Below the pieces are notes generated by a model. The model was not told where the DNA came from and made no database searches. It saw only the letters and a program-made list of their open reading frames with translations. This document shows, piece by piece, positions 61,365-64,000 of a DNA stretch of 64,000 nt. Source of the stretch: Malacoraja senta (Eukaryota); contig CM075993.1 in NCBI GenBank assembly GCA_038087875.1, forward strand, positions 11,782,001 through 11,846,000. Direction: 5' to 3'. The position numbers were made by a program, and so were the translations under genes. The stretch's first letter is position 1. Each line of letters opens with the position of its first letter.

Positions 61365-61748
61365 CTTATTTTTGCTGAAAATATTTTTCCGCTTGAAGGA
61401 AAACAGGATGACGTCGCTGAAGTCGGCAGGATGCTTCACGTGGATATCTTCTGCCCGATATTGCAGAACTCTTGAGGTCTTGTTAATGATCCAGTATGGG
61501 CTGTAAACAGACAGAACTAGCAGGCCACGAACTTTCCCAACGTGGATAAGCAAGTCGATGCTCATGCCAACTTCGGCAGTGAAGCAGACTGGGAAAAACT
61601 CGGGCAGTGCAGCTTCAATTTTAACCCGGCTGGTCCAGTTTCTGCCCTGATATTTAACGAGGCCCAGTTCCATGATTTCGCCCTTGGTTCTGCAGCGCAG
61701 TACATCCGCTGAACAACCCTCGGCCAGTTGGTAGGATTCCGCTGTCCC
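61365..61748 (-). CDS. VPS13C: VPS13C coding exon (first in window; VAB/SHR-BD repeat region), 128 codons
   Basis: GTAESYQLAEG...SPYWIINKTSRVLQYRAEDIHVKHPADFSDVILFSFKRKNIFSKNK matches recalled vertebrate VPS13C. Acceptor ttgcag; donor AAG|GCATGT (GC donor). Confidence 0.93.
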
Positions 61749-62289
61749 CTGCAACAAGAAAAGATGGGTGAGTGGAAGTTCAAAACGCTTCAGAAAAAAT
61801 GAAAGCAGTTGCCATTGCATCTTGGAAGAAAGCCAGGAGAATGTTTAAGGGGGTGCAAGAGTTTCAGAACTGACATGTGGAAAATTTCAAGTATGGCAAA
61901 AATAAATAAGGTAATTAAAATGGATGTGGATTCCGTAGCATTATGAGCATGAGACAAGGAGCTCTGAAACAAATTAGTTCAGAAACAAGTAGGTCCTTCA
62001 AGCCTGCTATAATCATAACTAATTAACTATCTTCAGAGTCATATCAGAAACATTGAATTCTCCAATGTCAAGTAATACATCCCTCCACTCACATTTCCCT
62101 CCATCTCAGACTTAACTCCACCCATCTGCCATGTGCCCCTGACCCTCAGCAATAGTCACTTCTCACATGCCAGGCTTTGCCCCACTCCCACCCCTTTTCC
62201 AGCATTCTCTCCCCATCTCTATCAGTCTTTTAGCCCAGCGTATACACCTCTGCAAGATCTACCCTCATCCTCCTGCATTACAATGAATA

Positions 62290-63370
62290 AAATGCTAGTC
62301 AACCCAACCTCTCCCCAGCTCATGCACTCATGTCCTGGCAACATCCTCGCAAATCTGCTCTGCACTCATTACAGCTGAACATCATCTTTCCTGCAGCAGG
62401 ATGACAAAAACTGAACACAGTATTTAAAATGTGGCTTCACCAACGTCTTGCACAACTCTAACATAACATCCCAAATGCTATACACAATACCCTGACTGTT
62501 AAAGGCCAATGGGCTGAAAACCTTATTGACCACCCTATCTACCTGTGATGCCACTTTCAAGGATTTATGCACCTGCATTCCTAGATCCCTCTGCTCCACA
62601 ACACTCCACACAGCCCGAGATCCACTGTGAAGTTCCTGCCCTGGTTTGAGTACCCACAACTCCGTTAAGCAACTGATCAAGATACTGCTGTAATTTTTGA
62701 TAACCATTTTTACTATCTACACCACCTACTTTAGTGTCATCTGCAGACTTACTAATCATGCCGTGTACATTCTCATCCAAATAGTTGATATAAACCACAA
62801 ACAGCAATAGGCCCAACACCAATCCCTGAGGCACACCACTAATCACAGGCCTCCAGTCTGAAAACTCCATCATCCTCTGCTTCCTTCCATGAAGCCAATA
62901 TTCTATCCAATTGTCTAGCTCCCTAGATCCTATGCAATCTAACCATCCAGAGCAGCTTACCAAATGCCTGATGAAATCCTTGTTGGTTCGTTTACGGCTC
63001 TGCCCTCATCAATCTTTTTGGTGCATATTCAAAAAACTCAGATTTATGAGACATGATCGCCCACATACATGGTTATCCCTAATCAACCCCTGTCTATCCA
63101 ATGCATAAATATCTTATCCCTCAGAATCCTCACCAGTAACTTGCCTACCACAGATATTAGGCTCACTGGTCTATAGTTCCCAGGCTTTCCTTGCAGCCCT
63201 TCTCAAATAGAGGCACAAGATAAGCCATGCTCTAGTCTTCCGACATCACACCCGTATCTAATGATAATTCATATAACTCAGCAAGGCTACCTGTCATTTC
63301 TTCTCTAGCTTTGTAGTGTCCTCGGATATATCTTATCAGGTCCAGGAGATTTGTCTACCTTCATACGCCT
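62290..63370 (-). mobile_element. Degenerate CR1 RT fragment (another CR1 RT on + at 63515-64000)
   Basis: SGVPQGLVLGLLLFVVYINYLD...ISKSADDTKVGG...QRDLGMQVHKSLKVASQVDRVV. Confidence 0.82.
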
Positions 63371-63700
63371 TGACGTTCAGATACAGATACAGTAGATGAG
63401 GTTGGAGGAGGTGCAAGTGAACCTCTGCCTAACCTGAAAGGACTGTCAGAGTCCCTGGACAGAGTCGAGGGAGGAGGTATAGCGTCAGGTGTTGCATCTT
63501 CTGTGGTTGCAGGGGAATCTTCTGGAATATTTTGAGGATGTAACTAGGAAAATGGAGAAGGGAGAGCCAGGAGATGTAGTGTACCTGGACTTTCAGAAAA
63601 CCTTTGATAAGGTCCCATCTAGGAGATTAGTAGGCAAAATTAGAGCACATGGTATTGGGGGTGGGATACTGACATGGATAGAAAATTGGTTGGCAGACAG

Positions 63701-63889
63701 TATTGATTTAGAGTCCTTGTAATAATAATGACCTCACACCATGTCAGGTTATAGAGTTTATTAGGAATAAGCAACTACAACTTCTCACTTGAGAGTTGAC
63801 TTTTTAGACTAACGGAGTGCAGTAGAACGCGACGCTAACAAGCTAGTGGGCGTACCTGCATGACTCGTAGCATGAGCCACTAATCTACA
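63701..63889 (-). mobile_element. Probable short solo LTR inserted in a CR1 fragment
   Basis: GACAG 5-bp TSD. Minus strand starts TGTAG and ends CAATA (degenerate CA), with an internal AATAAA. Removing it restores CR1 ENWLADRKQ. Confidence 0.65.
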
Positions 63890-64000
63890 GACAGGAAACA
63901 AAGTGTAATGATTAACAGGTCCCTTTCAGGCAGGCAGTGACTAGTGGGGTACCGCAAGGCTCGGTGCTGGGACCGCAGCTATTTACAATATATATTAATG

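Noticed and set aside
1591..61748. Alternative assignment as VPS13A
   Set aside because: Diagnostic stretches (EDIHVKHPADF.D.ILFSFK.KNIF.KNK, LTDVDDLIFK, QQKRREE..RQP.DFGDSLA.GGKG) fit recalled VPS13C better; a reciprocal BLAST would confirm.

Overview
Vertebrate genomic DNA, most likely a skate or ray (elasmobranch), judging from the abundant HE1-type V-SINEs and CR1 LINEs. The window lies inside one large minus-strand gene, VPS13C (bridge-like lipid transfer protein). I reconstructed 18 consecutive coding exons (61748 down to 1591, 2511 nt, 837 codons) with consistent splice phases. They run from the VAB/SHR-BD repeats through a WWE-like insert into the ATG2_C region, and both gene ends lie outside the window. 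One intron appears to use a GC donor. The introns are packed with transposons: CR1, Rex1/Babar, Crack/Daphne-like and L1 LINE remnants, V-SINEs, Penelope-like fragments carrying minimal hammerhead-ribozyme motifs (often as fold-backs with 12-16 bp TSDs), PIF/Harbinger-type MITEs, a Tc1 IR/DR element and a small solo LTR. The most unusual items are: (1) a TAG-ended TIR DNA element that retains a spliced terminal exon resembling a spindlin (Spin/Ssty) Tudor-like domain; (2) an L1 flanked by an exact 55-bp duplication; (3) several multi-layer nested insertions; (4) inverted SINEs tightly flanking two exons, a circRNA-type layout. All family assignments come from motif recognition by eye, with no database search. 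Exon and TSD coordinates were counted from the sequence; other repeat boundaries are approximate.
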